Made by a program: the position numbers and the translations under genes
The notes under the pieces: generated by a model
What the model was told of the DNA's origin: nothing
What the model saw: the letters and a program-made list of their open reading frames with translations, nothing else
The model's database searches: none
In this document: positions 63,626 to 64,000 of the stretch, piece by piece
Numbering within the stretch: the first letter of the stretch is position 1
How the letters are laid out: each line of letters begins with the position of its first letter
NCBI GenBank assembly: GCA_963845515.1
Contig: CAWJSR010000031.1
Coordinates: 25,659-89,658, forward strand
Length of the DNA: 64,000 nt
DNA from: an uncultured delta proteobacterium
GTDB lineage: Bacteria; Myxococcota; Myxococcia; Myxococcales; Anaeromyxobacteraceae
Direction of reading: 5' to 3'

Positions 63626-64000
63626 CTCCACGCCATGGCAACGAGCGCGAGCCACCGTCTGCGCTGGATGAGTGTTTGAGCGAGGTTCAGGATGAACTGT
63701 CGCGAACAGGCCTGCGAGGTGCTGCGCTGAGCGAGGTTGCGGCCGACATCCGTGGCCGCGTCGCGGAGTTGCTGGGGGCATACCGCGAAGGATCCTTCGG
63801 GCAGGCCGCGCTGCCGTCGCTCGAGGAGGCGCTCTTCTACGAACCGGCCTCTTCGCCCCTTCTCATCCGACAGCTCGTTGTTGCTGGCGTGCGCAACTCC
63901 CTTCTTGAGCGGTACCACGCGGATCCCTTCAACACTCCGTCCGACAAGAAGATCGGGCGGGTGACGCGCCGCTGCGCAGAGCTGTTCGGCCGCGTTGTCG
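63622..64000 (+). CDS. Hypothetical protein, 3' partial (absent from ORF track)
   Basis: ATGA overlap with HEPN stop; open to window end: MTPRHGNERE...LVVAGVRNSLLERYHAD... Confidence 0.7.
   Translation, partial: MTPRHGNEREPPSALDECLSEVQDELSRTGLRGAALSEVAADIRGRVAELLGAYREGSFGQAALPSLEEALFYEPASSPLLIRQLVVAGVRNSLLERYHADPFNTPSDKKIGRVTRRCAELFGRVV

Noticed and set aside
63457..63918. Minus-strand 153-aa ORF
   Set aside because: Overlaps the HEPN gene; the plus-strand frame from 63622 is translationally coupled and more protein-like

Overview
High-GC window with many single-base indels, probably long-read metagenomic assembly. Bases 1-~5890 look betaproteobacterial: branched-chain amino acid ABC transporter, a Crp/Fnr-FmdE-like-cupin-DnrO-like cluster, an orphan sdhB and a 5'-truncated paaY. 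They are fused mid-gene to Anaeromyxobacter/Myxococcota-like DNA. That part holds dapC-dapD-dapE (dapE has an in-frame palindromic insert), a CoA-activase, radC with two vapBC pairs, a TPR protein and an ECF sigma/anti-sigma/secreted caspase-beta-barrel operon. It also holds a CotH-DUF2490-VTC-DUF4956-ECF operon, a cobalamin riboswitch driving the cbpA/cbpB peptide and radical SAM pair, three copies of an unrecognised GNRA-hairpin/terminator element (candidate sRNA) and a zeta-type TA pair. From ~43.4 kb there is a defence island: type I RM (hsdMSR), a PIN-coiled coil-2TM protein, a UDG-fold-like protein, two HEPN proteins and an ASCH protein. The island also has a ~790-820 aa Zn-ribbon/PD-(D/E)xK-like gene split by two different IS21 elements, each with a perfect 6-bp target duplication; removing both restores one reading frame. 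Taxonomy and family calls come from motif recognition, not database searches.
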